In this document: positions 1 to 12,314 of the stretch, piece by piece | Position numbering within the stretch: position 1 is the stretch's first letter | How the letters are laid out: each line of letters starts with the position of its first letter | Assembly (NCBI RefSeq): GCF_006345805.1 | Contig: NC_043002.1 | Span: forward strand, 18,910,001-18,974,000 | Length of the DNA: 64,000 bases | Source of the DNA: Octopus sinensis | Lineage: Eukaryota | Direction: 5' to 3' | The notes under the pieces: model-generated | Databases searched by the model: none | The model's input: the letters and a program-made list of their open reading frames with translations, nothing else | Told to the model about the DNA's origin: nothing | Program-made: the position numbers and the translations under genes

Positions 1-553
1 TTCACACAACCAATCTTGATCATAATTCTAACGAGTGTGTTTTAAAACACAAACGAAAGGAACAGAGAGTCACTTACCGTTTGAAAGTTTTGTCTCCTCC
101 TTTGATTTTTCATCAAGGAGGTTCTTGTAGAGTTTTTCGGACGAGTATTTTATTGTGTTCTGGTTGTATTGTGCATGGGTGGTTGCTTGTTTTTATGTTT
201 TTATGTTTTCCTCTGTTAAGTCTGTTTTTGTGTTGATGTATTCTATAAACTCTGTATTTTGTGTTGATGGCTGTGAGTATCATGGCTGCATATGTTTTGT
301 GGTGTCGGTGCTGGTGTTGTTTGTGTTAGAGTTCGAAATGGTTTTGGGAGTTGTGTATCTCCCTGCTTTGTTCGCGGTTGCTTTTGTTCTTTTCTTGCTC
401 CTCTTTTCCTTTCTTTCTGGCTATTTGCCACTCCTCGTTGCTTTCGTCTTCCGACAAAATTTCTGAGGAATCGGAAGGGGTTAAGGGCATATTGTCAGCA
501 TCTATGTATGTTTGTGTAAATGGTTGTGTTGTTGTTTTCGTTGATGTTGGTTG

Positions 554-644
<91 letters not shown>

Positions 645-665
645 TCAGACAGACTGACAGACAGG

Positions 666-736
<71 letters not shown>

Positions 737-802
737 TCAGACAGACTGACAGGCAGGCAGGCAGACAGACAGACAGACAGATAGACAGACAGACAGACAG
801 AC

Positions 803-887
<85 letters not shown>
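554..887. repeat. (GATA)n/(GACA)n microsatellite
   Basis: Directly visible tetranucleotide array, with a GACA/GGCA-variant block in the middle. Confidence 0.98.
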
Positions 888-3800
888 TGTTTCTTTATTA
901 GCCACACAGGGCTGCACACAGATAGAACAAATTACAAGGTAGAGCTTTTCTTTTGAAGGTTGAAAAAAAAAAAAAGGAAGGGGGAGTTTCGATCAAAAGG
1001 GATCGTAAAAGGAGAGAAAGAGGACAAAAAAAAAGGGGGGCTAAAAAAAGGGGGAGAGGAAAAAAAAATTGATCAATAGGGATCGTTATCACAGAAATGT
1101 CAATATGAAGTGTAAAGGGGAGGACAGGTGAGGTTTACCCGTGGAAACAAAAGCCTACGGAAAAGACCACGGTAACCTCGGTCAATGGAGTCACATGTTA
1201 TATTTCTTTTTTTTTTTTTTTTGCGAATAAGCAACTCTCTGTTTTCAATTTCTGGGTTCATAGGATCATGCTCAAGGTGGCTTCGTCATTCATACGTGCC
1301 ATTCTTGCTACATTCACCCATCTTTTTTTAAAACATTCGCTAGACAAAACTTGCCTCTCTACTCTCACTTTCCTTTTCAAGTGGTACTTGAAGAAGTTGA
1401 TGAGAGATTCACCAGAGAGGAAAGTGTTTGTCTCCAATCCTTTCAGACGCGTCCACCAGATACATTCTTTCGCCATAGCCACAAGTATGATGAAAATAGC
1501 TCTTCCTTCCCGTTTGAAAGAAGGAGGCGTGACAATATTGACGATAGACTCAGCTGATAAGCCGACTCGTCCCACACGTGACAGCAGTTGTTCGACATAA
1601 GCCCACAGGTCGGAAATTGTTGGACACTGCACGAGTGCGTGCAGAACGGTTTCGTCGCTCTGACCGCATCTCGGGCAGGTCGGCCCCGTGTTTCTCGAGC
1701 CGTGTCTGTAGAGCTTATCCCGAACGGGTAGCGCTTCTCGGTAGCACTGCCAGGCCAGGGATCTCTGGAAGTTGTCCATGGGGCCTGGCCCGAAAGTCGT
1801 CCTGAACAGGCGGGTCAGGTACTCCTCGTCGACGTCCAGGTTCGCCCCGAGCTCGTCGTCGTACCTCCCCTCCACTAAACCCCTATAGAATGCTTTGGTT
1901 GTGTTGAAGTCACTCAAGGTCGACCCAGGACGGCAGAGTTGCTTGAGAGCAACGCGACACTCGCGGTGCCATTCGCCTTCCTCGGCCTCTTTTTGATCCA
2001 CGACTGCAGTTCGGTCATGGAGACGAGCTGCGGGAAAGCGTGCCTCACAAACGGCGACCACACCTGTTCACCGTCGTCTACATAGAGCCGGAGATGTCGC
2101 AGTCTCAGCGCGTGTGTGTGCGCATCATCAACCACGGCATGCCCAGCCCTCCTTTTAACGGGTGTTGACAGCAAATGGATCGCCTGACCATCGGGACGCA
2201 TCCTTTCCACAAGAAGCGAAAGAGAATGCGTTGTAGTTTGGTGTGATGGTAGGGTCGGGACAAGGTACGACGGTCAGGCGGTAGTAGATGACGGACGCGA
2301 TGTACGTGTTCGCCACCTCCGCCCGACCTTTTAGGGACAGTTTCCTCTCGGCCCATTGCCGGGCGAGAGTGACCACCCTACTCGTTATCTCGTTCCAGTT
2401 CTTCTCCACTTGGAGGTCCGGACCAAACCAGACCCCGAGCAACTCAACCGGGCCGTCGGTCCAGCGTCCCACGACGGAGGCGCTGGTGGACGGCATGGGC
2501 TTGCTTCTCCAGGTGCCTAGTCGCAAGCCCACTGACTTTTCCCGGTTGATTTTCGCTCCTGTCACCGCTTCGTAGTTTTTCAGTGTCTCGCCGACCTGCT
2601 CGATGTGCTCGTGGCTAGACACTATGACGGTGACGTCGTCCGCGTATGCAGACACGCTCGTCCCGCATCCCAGTTCTCGCGGGATGCCTCTCAATGTTGC
2701 CAGCTTCCGCAATACTGGCTCGAGAGTCAATACGTATAGAAGCGACGAGAGGGGGCATCCCTGACGGACCGAACGTGTGATGTCGAAGGGTCTCGATAGA
2801 TGTCCATTCACGCGAATTACCGAACGGATGCCTCTGTACAAAGCGGCTATCCAGCCGCGGAAGACAGGACCGAAGCCAGCCGCTCCGAGGACCGCCTCCA
2901 AGTATCGATGGTCCACCCTATCGAAAGCTTTCGATTGATCCAAATTGATCAGCGCCCCACCCATGCCAGGTTCGTTAACTACCCTGTCTATGATGTAGCG
3001 CATCAGGTGGAGGTTGTCATGGATGGTCCGGCCTGGCACGGCGCATGTTTGCGCCTTGTCGACCAGTTTCTCGATGACAAGCGCCAACCTCTTGGCTAGC
3101 ACCTTGGCCAAAATTTTCAGGTCTGCATTAAGCAGAGTGATGGGCCTAAAGTTATCTATTACATTTCCCTTGTTTAGATCTTTCTTCAGAAATGTTACGG
3201 CTCCTCGGCTCACAAAACCAGGAATGCTCCAGTTTTGCTGCCAGTTGCAGTACACCGCCGCCAAGAGATCTCCAAACAAGTCTGGCATACAATTGTAAAG
3301 CTCGTAGGGTAGACCATCCAAACCCGGTGATTTGTCCCTTGAGCATTCTGCCATCGCTTCATGCACTTCCGCCGCCGTGATGGCACCTTCGCAGCACCCT
3401 GCCTTTCTTGTCGAGAGTCGTGGTAGGCTATGTAGGTAGGCACTGAAGTCCACCCTACGTTCTTGACCTCCACTCGTTCCGAACAGTCGGGCAAAATGCT
3501 GCTGAAAGGCTTCACACATTTTACTTGGCTCGAGCAATTCGCGCCCCTGTTCATCTACCAGGGACCGAATAGTGGCTTTGTTGCCCTGTTGCGCCTCTGC
3601 CACCCGGGCCTCTCTCGCGGCTCCAACACCTTCGTTCCTTAGAGCACGCATCATAGCTCTGACAGCACATCCTTCGTGTTTGGCGTTGAAGTGTTGGTCG
3701 AGGGCCAACCTCGCCGCCAAAACGTCGGATGCGATGCCGCTTCTAATTGCCTCTTCTAGCTTCTTAACTAGCTCACCCTCAACTCTATTTCTATCTATGG

Positions 3801-4219
3801 CTAGTGCTTTGCTGTACCTAATCGCTTCTGCTTTTACTGCTCTCTTGAGGGCAAACCACCATTTGTTGTGTTGATGATGGCTCCCGTCAAAGCCCTCTTT
3901 ACTAGTGTGCTAATCCGGTCTCTGAAAACCTGTCTCGATGGGAAAGACGCGTTTAGTTTCCAGTATCCGGGACCCTGCCTAAGTGTCTTACCTAAGTCTA
4001 GCGTACATGTCACAAGTTTGTGATCTGTGTAGCTGACTATGTGGAATTGTGGACATCCTATGCTATCCCTGTCTACTGTCCTACACAGTATCCTATCTAG
4101 ATACGATCTCGACGACCCGATGCGGTTGCTCCATGTCCACGTTGGCGCATTCGGGTGGTCTAGTCGGAACCTGTCAGACAGTTGAAAGCGTCTGAGCAGG
4201 TCTCTGAGGCATTTGCATC
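888..4219 (-). mobile_element. Tx1-type (L1 clade) non-LTR retrotransposon, 5'-truncated, ORF2 frameshifted
   Basis: Minus strand shows the C-terminal half of an APE endonuclease (TWTW..SYLDRIL..TDHKLV, GPGYWKLN; ~3950-4200). RT motifs KSPGLDGLPYELY, NFRPITLLNADLKILAK, DQSKAFDRV, VRQGCPLS and YADD lie in ORF 2155-3720. CPRC..ETVLHALVQC zinc knuckle lies in ORF 1258-2061. The 3' UTR ends AATAAAGAAACA at 888. Confidence 0.92.
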
Positions 4220-4492
<273 letters not shown>

Positions 4493-5224
4493 AGTTTCTT
4501 TATTGGCCACACAGGGCTGCACACAGATGGGACAAGTTACAAGGTAGTGCTTTTCTTTTGGGGGAGAAAAAAAAATATGGCGTAGGTTTTCGATCAAAAG
4601 GGATCGAAAAAGGGAAAAAAGAAACAAAGAAAAGAAAAAAGGAAAAAAAAGAAAAAAAGGAAAAGAAAAAAAAAGAAAAAAAGGGAAAAAAGAAAAGAAA
4701 AATGAAAAAAGAAGAAAAAAGAGGGAAAAAGGGGAGAGGAAAAAAAACGACCAATAGGGATCGTGTATCACAGTGTCATGATGTATGGTGTAAAGGGGAA
4801 ATCAAGTAAGGTTTATCCGTGGGAAGAAAAGCCTACGAAAAATACCACGGTAACCTTGGTCAATATTGTTATATGTTACCACATTTGTTTGCAAGTGGGT
4901 AACCCTCTGTTTTCAATTTCTGGGGTCATAGGATTATGCTCAAGGTGGCTTCGTCATTCATACGTGCCTTCCTTGCTACATTCACCAATCTTTTTTTAAA
5001 ACGTTCGCTAGACAAAGCTTGCCTCTCTACTCTCACTTTCCTTTTCAAGTGGCACTTGAAGAAGTTGATGAGAGGTTGACCAGAGACGAAATTGTTTGTC
5101 TCCAATCCTTTCAGACGCGTCCACCAGCTACATTCTTTCGCCATAGCCACAAGGATGATGAAAATAGCTCTTCCTTCCCGTTTGAAAGAAGGAGGCGTGA
5201 CAATATTGACGATAGACTCAGCTG
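4493..5224 (-). mobile_element. Second, shorter 5'-truncated copy of the same Tx1 family
   Basis: 4905-5224 aligns with 1245-1556 (same ..NDEATLS.IL ORF2 end). 3' terminus AATAAAGAAACT matches copy A. Confidence 0.92.

Positions 5225-5309
<85 letters not shown>
5225..5309. repeat. (GATA)n microsatellite
   Basis: Pure GATA array. Confidence 0.98.
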
Positions 5310-5814
5310 CTAAAGTACTGAGTTAAAGCAAACAATTAGGCAAGGCAGGACAAGGACATTTAATTTCATTTACTTCGATCTAAAATTTAGCTACGTAACG
5401 AATATTAGCGCATTGTCTTGAACGAAGACTCTGTAACTTGGGTATCCTGTCGTCGGAGAAATATAGACTAGACAGCGATATTTGTGGAAGTTCTTTATAT
5501 CCAGGAGGGTGAGAGGGTTCATCTAGATCCAGTTAGATTGGGTCTTCTTTAGGTAAGTCAATGATCAGAAAGAATGGACAAGTGACACAGCATAGAGAGG
5601 AGAAAGAATTGTTATGCAGTTCTCCGTATTGAGGGAAAATGAAGATGAGTGCTAGTAGATCCAAAGTTGTGGAATTTTAGTGGCACATGTATTTGAGCCC
5701 TCAGAACGTATACCCATTAATTTGAGTCATCCTGACGAAAATTCTGCATATCCTCTCTATATATAGATATAGATACGTGTGTGTAAGTGTATGTATATAA
5801 CATCCACCACTACC

Positions 5815-6955
5815 ACAAATTATTTAGAAGCGAAATAACAAACAACTACCGTAAATCCTCGAGTATAGTCCGCCCTTCAGTATAATACGCAGAGAATTTT
5901 TAGGGGGCTGTACTTCTGAAAAACCTAAACCTTGTGTATAACAAGCACTCCTTCTCTAACTTGAGTCGTGCGTAATTAAGCCAGCAGCACCTAGTCGAAC
6001 AAACACTTCCGTGCATGCATAATACAATAATGGTGATGTTCTTAACTGTTATATGGGAATGTAAAAATGTTTGCAAATTGTTTTTGTTACATGTTATTCT
6101 GTGTTCTGAATACTTTTATTTTAATAAATGTCGCTTACTGCAAGTTATGGATGATTCTTTTATGCTTTCATTGCTTTCAGGTTTAGATTAAGTTATTGTG
6201 CGCCCGACATCACAAAATGCGTCTGAATAAACATTGCCGTACTGCAAATAGAGAGTCGGACATTGCTTAGAAAATACTTTTCATTTTTAACCTCGTATAT
6301 AGTACGCACTAGGGATTTTGACCTTTAAATTTTGGGGGAAAATGCGGATTATACTCGAGGATTTACGGTATAAGATAATGAATATCAATACATTAAGTAG
6401 TATTAACATAAAGACCAAGGAAATAATAACAAATTATAAGAAGGGAGATAAAACGGAATATTTTGAACATAAAAGACCCAGAATAAGCTTAAAAGACTAC
6501 AAATCCAATTTTAACAATAATTCTAGCGTTAGATTAATCTGCCCAGGTAAGTCCGACCTCGGGAAAATAATTAAAGCAATAATTGATGAATATATACACC
6601 AACACTCAGAAACCTGTTAAAATTAAAACTATGGTTAACACACAAGAAGTAATACATTGGTTTAATAAATTAGACAAAAAAAAGAGTAAAAAACTTATAC
6701 AAATTTATATAGATAGCTACTATTCCTCAATTAACCCTATATTATTAAATAAGGCCTTCTTGTTTGCAAAAATGAATTCTAATCGAACTTTGAGTGAAAT
6801 CACTATAATGTTAGCAGCTAGGAAAACCATTATAAAATTTGCAAATAAATATTGGCTAAGAAAAAACACTTGCGATAACTTTGATATTACAATGAGATCT
6901 GCTTACTCAGCACGGGGCACAGATTTAGTGGGAGTATATATATATATATATTATT
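5815..6955 (+). mobile_element. Decayed Penelope-like element reverse transcriptase fragment, interrupted by the MITE
   Basis: Translates to ITNNYK..ISLKDYK..RLICPGKSDLGKI, NTQEVIHWF..LIQIYIDSYYSSI..LLNKAFLFAK and FDITMRS....TDLVGVYI. These resemble PLE RT motifs (FDVTMGSxDGAExCxLVGLY). Confidence 0.75.
5849..6368. mobile_element. Non-autonomous Tc1/mariner-superfamily (pogo/Tigger-like) MITE
   Basis: Perfect 19-bp TIR CCGTAAATCCTCGAGTATA at 5849-5867 and 6350-6368, flanked by TA on both sides. Confidence 0.85.
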
Positions 6956-7212
6956 TAATTTAAGTAATGAATTTCTAGAAATAACAATAGCGACAACCAA
7001 TTACCTCCCTTTATTTATCTACTTGTTAAATCATTCACTCGTGAATTCCATCACACACAAGATGGACAAAATTTCTTCTGAATAAGAAAAAATATATATT
7101 CAAATAAGCAAAACATAATATCATGATTAGTGATAGAGAAACCGGTCGATATATAAAAAATTATATTAAAATTATGTAAGTGTGCGTATTTTCCTTTTTT
7201 AATTTCTCATAA

Positions 7213-7225
7213 TATATATTATATA

Positions 7226-7323
<98 letters not shown>

Positions 7324-7326
7324 TAT
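7213..7326. repeat. (TA)n microsatellite
   Basis: Visible array. Confidence 0.95.
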
Positions 7327-7609
7327 GTTCTTGTACATGCTTCAGTTTCTAGACTGCGGTCAAGCTGGGGCACAACATTGGGGAGTTAAACAAATCGAGG
7401 CCAGTACTTGTATTTAGGCCCAGTAGCCATATAATCATAATAATGTGTGTATGCGTGCGTGAGTATGTATGCGTGTGCGTGCTTCTGTATGTATGTATGT
7501 ATGTATGTATGTATGTATGTATGTATGTATGTATTTATGATCAGTTATGAAAATAATATGGAGAGCAGCTCTAAACTTTCGTGACATTTTATAGTTTTAT
7601 AGTTTGTAA

Positions 7610-7845
7610 CGAGAATATTATTCCGGTTCTATATTTAAGAGATGAGGAATTATGTACGTTATTTACATTATTTACATTCCACGGATATTTGTATTAATAG
7701 TAACATCGAAAAATACCTTAGGAATAAGAACCCAGGTTCGAAATTTCCCCTAGACACCTGAAGAAGGCTCGAGGGTATATCAGCCGAAACGTTGTGTTAA
7801 CAACAAATATGATGAAGACAAATATCCGTCGAATGTAAATAATGA
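7610..7845 (+). mobile_element. Penelope-like pLTR mini-element with inverted junction
   Basis: 27-bp inverted repeat (7666-7692 vs ~7818-7844) encloses a hammerhead motif. Confidence 0.7.
7753..7798 (+). ncRNA. Minimal type I hammerhead ribozyme (dimer-type)
   Basis: Stem I GACAC/GTGTT; core CTGAAGA; stem II GGCT/AGCC; GAAA; palindromic AACGTT stem III; predicted cleavage after GUU (7793). Confidence 0.75.
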
Positions 7846-7929
7846 AGAATATTAATGAAGTGATTTCGACGTTTCAGCCAGCAAAGATATCGGCTTTGCA
7901 GTCCAATTCGTGTTTAAACATTACACACA

Positions 7930-8096
7930 CACGGCGGGATTCCTTCAGACTCCGCCTACCAAATGCACTCACAACGCCTTGCTTGGCCCGAGGCTATAAT
8001 ACAGGAAAATTGTCCAAGTTTGCACGCGGTAGGACTGAACCCTGAACCAAGTGGTTTCGAAGAAAAAATTTTTGTCACCCAGCCACACCTGCGCCT
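7930..8096 (-). mobile_element. Partial tRNA-derived SINE (family 1)
   Basis: Degenerate match to the head of the copies at 29742-30154 and 40964-41332. Confidence 0.7.
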
Positions 8097-8523
8097 TTAT
8101 TCAAAATTTGCATATATGTCTTTGGAAATAGGATGTGTTGAACATCCATTCTTTAGACTTGCTCTCAGAGCAGCCAACAGATTGTTGTATTGTGGTTTCT
8201 CATTATTTATTGAATAATTCAGCGATTCGTTGCCAATTGTAATGTTGCCTCTGCTCTCCTTATTAATTTCGGCATCTGTTACATCGATTCTGCTATGGGA
8301 TTCTTTGTTAATTGTCATACATGAATTTTAAATATTATCTTTCAAAACGTGGCAACATTCCTTTAATAGAAATTAGAACATCGCTTTAGTGACTATTATG
8401 TAAAATTCTAATAATTAGATATTTTGTATGATAACATTGAAACGTTCTTTGTTGTTCTTTGCGATATTGTTAGAATATACAGCTGTTCTTTCACGAAAAG
8501 ATGTTTTACTAATGAGGCTTACC

Positions 8524-8560
8524 TATAAATACCTTACTCTCCATAACGTTAGCATCAGTT
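8524..8560 (+). promoter_or_regulatory. TATA box plus Inr-like element of the protease gene
   Basis: TATAAATA at 8524-8531 and TCAGTT at 8555-8560 (A is 33 nt from the TATA), 40 nt upstream of the ATG. Confidence 0.6.
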
Positions 8561-8599
8561 CAGCTCTTCTACGCTAGTAACTTAACATCTAGTGATACC

Positions 8600-10131
8600 A
8601 TGCTGTCTCTGTGCTGTCTTCTTGTTGCGATTGCTTCCGTTTCTGCTGGTGGTAATAGTAAGTCAGGCCCTCCCGTCGAAGGGTTTTTTGTTACAGAGCT
8701 TTTTGAAATTGGTATTGATACCAACTCGTATCATTGTTCATATCGATGTCGGTAAAATCTACATATATTTTTTAATCATTGATTAATTTGAAAAAGGAGT
8801 TTGGAATTAAGTTTTTTATATACAGTTAATGCTTCAAAATACAAGTGATAAATTCAAGTGATATACAAATGATATAGACATTCAAGAATAATTCATCCAG
8901 AAATATATATTTATTTGCTTTTCTGATTTTCTTTCAGGCACCCATAAAGGAATCGTCGGTGGATCCCGAGCACAAAACTGTCAATTTCCATCCATTGTCT
9001 ATCTCGAAATATTTAACCAGCCTACAGACTCAAGTTATGGTGCATGTGGAGGTACTTTGGTTGATGCTACACATGTTTTGACAGCAGCTCACTGTGTGTA
9101 AGTATATTTATAAAGCATATATTGACGTCTTCAACTCATGATATTGCATCACTTGATTATGAAAGAAGGTTAGGTGCCATGCTTGTATAATATAAGGAGT
9201 GAAAAGAATTGGTTGGTGTGAATACCAACATATATACTGGCTTCAATATCAGGTTAAAATTCACATTGGAATTTGTTTCTAGCAAACATAGCATAAATTG
9301 ACTTTCACATAAACAATTGGAGATATTTATTTAGTATTAGTACAGCTAGTTTTCAACTTATAAAATCGTGTCAAATTATTACATCGATTCAATCTATAAA
9401 CATTATTTCAATGGATTTTGTGCATTTTACATTGTGTAACTAATATCGTTCTGACCAACAACACCCAAAGATCTTTATATAGTAACCGTGCCCGATAAGA
9501 AACTCATGTTAGAAATACCACAGATGACGGACACAAAATTCCGTATCTAAGAGAAGAATTTCAAGTACATGATGAATGAAATTTAATATTTGGTATATTG
9601 ATTTGATTTTAGGGAGGGAAAAGTCAGACGTATTAAAGTGAATATTGGTTCCAACAACAAGCGGTCTCCTGGTAGTCAGTCAACAACTGTATCTAAATTT
9701 GTGATACATGGTGGATACGTAAGATCTAAATACGTTGTCAGTGAGTATTACAATTACCAAGTCTTCATAGATTTTCGTGTAAATACTTTCTTTCTTTTCC
9801 ACATAACTCAAAAAAAAAATGTTAAATAGTGAGTTATATGATATGCATGTGTACTCTATAACGCCTTTCAAAATAACGTCATATATATATACGTTTATAT
9901 ATTTGTTTTGCAAAGATTTTTAATGTGAAATCGTGTGTTGAAACAGATATCGTTGTATTTAGGAATGACCATTTTGCCAGTTTAGCCAATAACAACACAC
10001 GCACTATATATTTAGTGTTACTTTGCTTCAGCGTTATTTATTTTTTACATTAATCTTAATCTTATTTCGGCCGATTAATGTAAAAAATAAATAACGCTGA
10101 AGCAAAGTAGCACCAGATATATAGTGCGTGT

Positions 10132-10190
<59 letters not shown>

Positions 10191-11738
10191 TATGTGTGTA
10201 TGTCTGTGTGTATACATTAGGTTGGCAACTAAGTTCCCGCCGTTTTTTTTAAATTTAAATTTTTTAAGTGGTTTAATAAAAAATAACAATTAATCAATAA
10301 TGTGTTGACCATTGTTGATTACAACTTCTTCCCAAAGTTCAACAAGATTTTCAATTCCTCATTGGTAGAAATCACCCGATTTCGACTCGAAAAATTGATC
10401 CAACCAAGCTCTCAGTTCTGCATCAGTATTGAACGAAACTCCGCGCATAGCATTTGAAAGAGATCGAAAGAGGTGGAAATCTGTTGGTTCCAAATCAAGA
10501 GAGTACGGCGGGTGTGGCAGCACTTCCCATCCATGCGTCTGAATGACTTCCTTGGTCATATTGGCGATATGAGGGCAGGCATTGTCGTGCAGCAGGAGAA
10601 CTCCATGCTGACGATTAGGTCTTTTCTCTTAAATAGCCGTGTTGAGTCGTTCCATCTGTTGAACTGAGAGTTCCGCGTTGACGGTTTGGTTCCGTTCTGC
10701 AATTCGTAATGGATAATCCCTTCCCAGTCCCACCATACGCATAACATCGTTTTACGCGGATGAAGATCTTGTTTCACGCGCGATGTCGCTTGTTTACCGG
10801 AGCTAAGTCATTCCTTAAGCTGCTTCATATTGGTGTACAGGCACCATTTTCCGTCGCCAGTCACGATTCGGTAAAGAAATTGTTGCTTGTGTCCATGAGT
10901 TAAGCAATGACGAGCAAGTAAACCAGCGGAGATTGTGGCTCGTTGATTTTTGTTGTTGTCACTTAAAGCATGCAGAACTCATGCTCCATACTTCTGAACC
11001 TTTCCCATCGAGTGAAGATGCTTCTCTTTAGCAGTGTGCGAGCATTCCATTTTCTCTAACAGTTCTTCACTCGTTGTTTGACGAGAATTTTCGGGCAAAA
11101 GTTGGTTTAATTGCTCTTCATCGACCTCAACTGGACGGTCAGAATGAGGTGCGTCTTTGAGGTCAATACTTCCATTTTTGAACTTAGCATACCAATCGAG
11201 AGCGGTTGTTTCAGCTATGGCACCCTCTCAATACACAGCACAAATGTCGCGAGCAGCTTTTGCCGCCTTAGAACCTTGATTAAAAGGTCATAATAATAAT
11301 AATATGACAACAGAAGAATAAATGAGACCTAGATATTATGTAAATAGAGGAATTTATCTATAAATATAATGTAAGACAATCAGTTAGTTGTCATAATAAT
11401 ATTCAGACTTTCAGCGTTTTTGTCTTAATAACTGATGAGATGTCGAGTAGCTTTTAGTCCCAGCATCTGAAACTCTGAGTATTATTATGACAACTAACTG
11501 ATTGTCCTATATATATATATATAGCAGGTAATATAATTCCAAACTTACAGGGAAAAATTCAATTTAGCAATTCTAAATCAAGTTTCACAATATATAATAT
11601 GTATTTACTAATTACTATTTATTGTTTATGTACATTATTGATTTTTAGAATTAGGTTTTTATAGTATATGTTTTCTATATGGTGTGAATAACGTCTTTCA
11701 CTATTGAATTGTTTAATGGAGGTTTTTCTCTAAATTAT

Positions 11739-11819
<81 letters not shown>

Positions 11820-12188
11820 ATATATACATATAAAAGTAAATAAATGGTACAACGAGGCACCGATATTTACTGGAAAATAGCAATCGTAATAAATACGACG
11901 CTATTGTATAGCTTCACTGCGTATATACTAGCAAAGACGCGTGTGTGCAACAAACATGAAAAAAATTTGTCTCACCTCTAGGAAGAACATCTGAAAAATG
12001 GAAAACCTAGAATCGGATAATGCAGTACCGGTTTCAGACTCTTCAAATACGTTTGACAACGTAGATTTCGTGTCTCTTCATCAGCTGCATATACGCATTG
12101 AAGCTACACAATAGCGTCGTATTTATTACGATTGCTATTTTCCAGTAAATATCGGTGCCTCGTTGTACCATTTATTTACTTTTATATG

Positions 12189-12223
<35 letters not shown>

Positions 12224-12228
12224 CATAC

Positions 12229-12314
<86 letters not shown>

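Noticed and set aside
1-553. Possible LINE ORF1 relic ([11 protein letters not shown] on the minus strand) or exon (ACG|GTAAGT donor near 77)
   Set aside because: Stops in all frames, no diagnostic domain, and the window edge prevents testing. It could be a third GATA-flanked element, but this is unsupported.
645-919. ORFs rich in IYLS/SIYL (also 4160-4771, 5111-5335 and the YI-repeat ORFs)
   Set aside because: Translations of GATA or TA microsatellites.
6318-6370. N-terminus of ORF 6318-6620
   Set aside because: Lies within the MITE right end, not the PLE RT.
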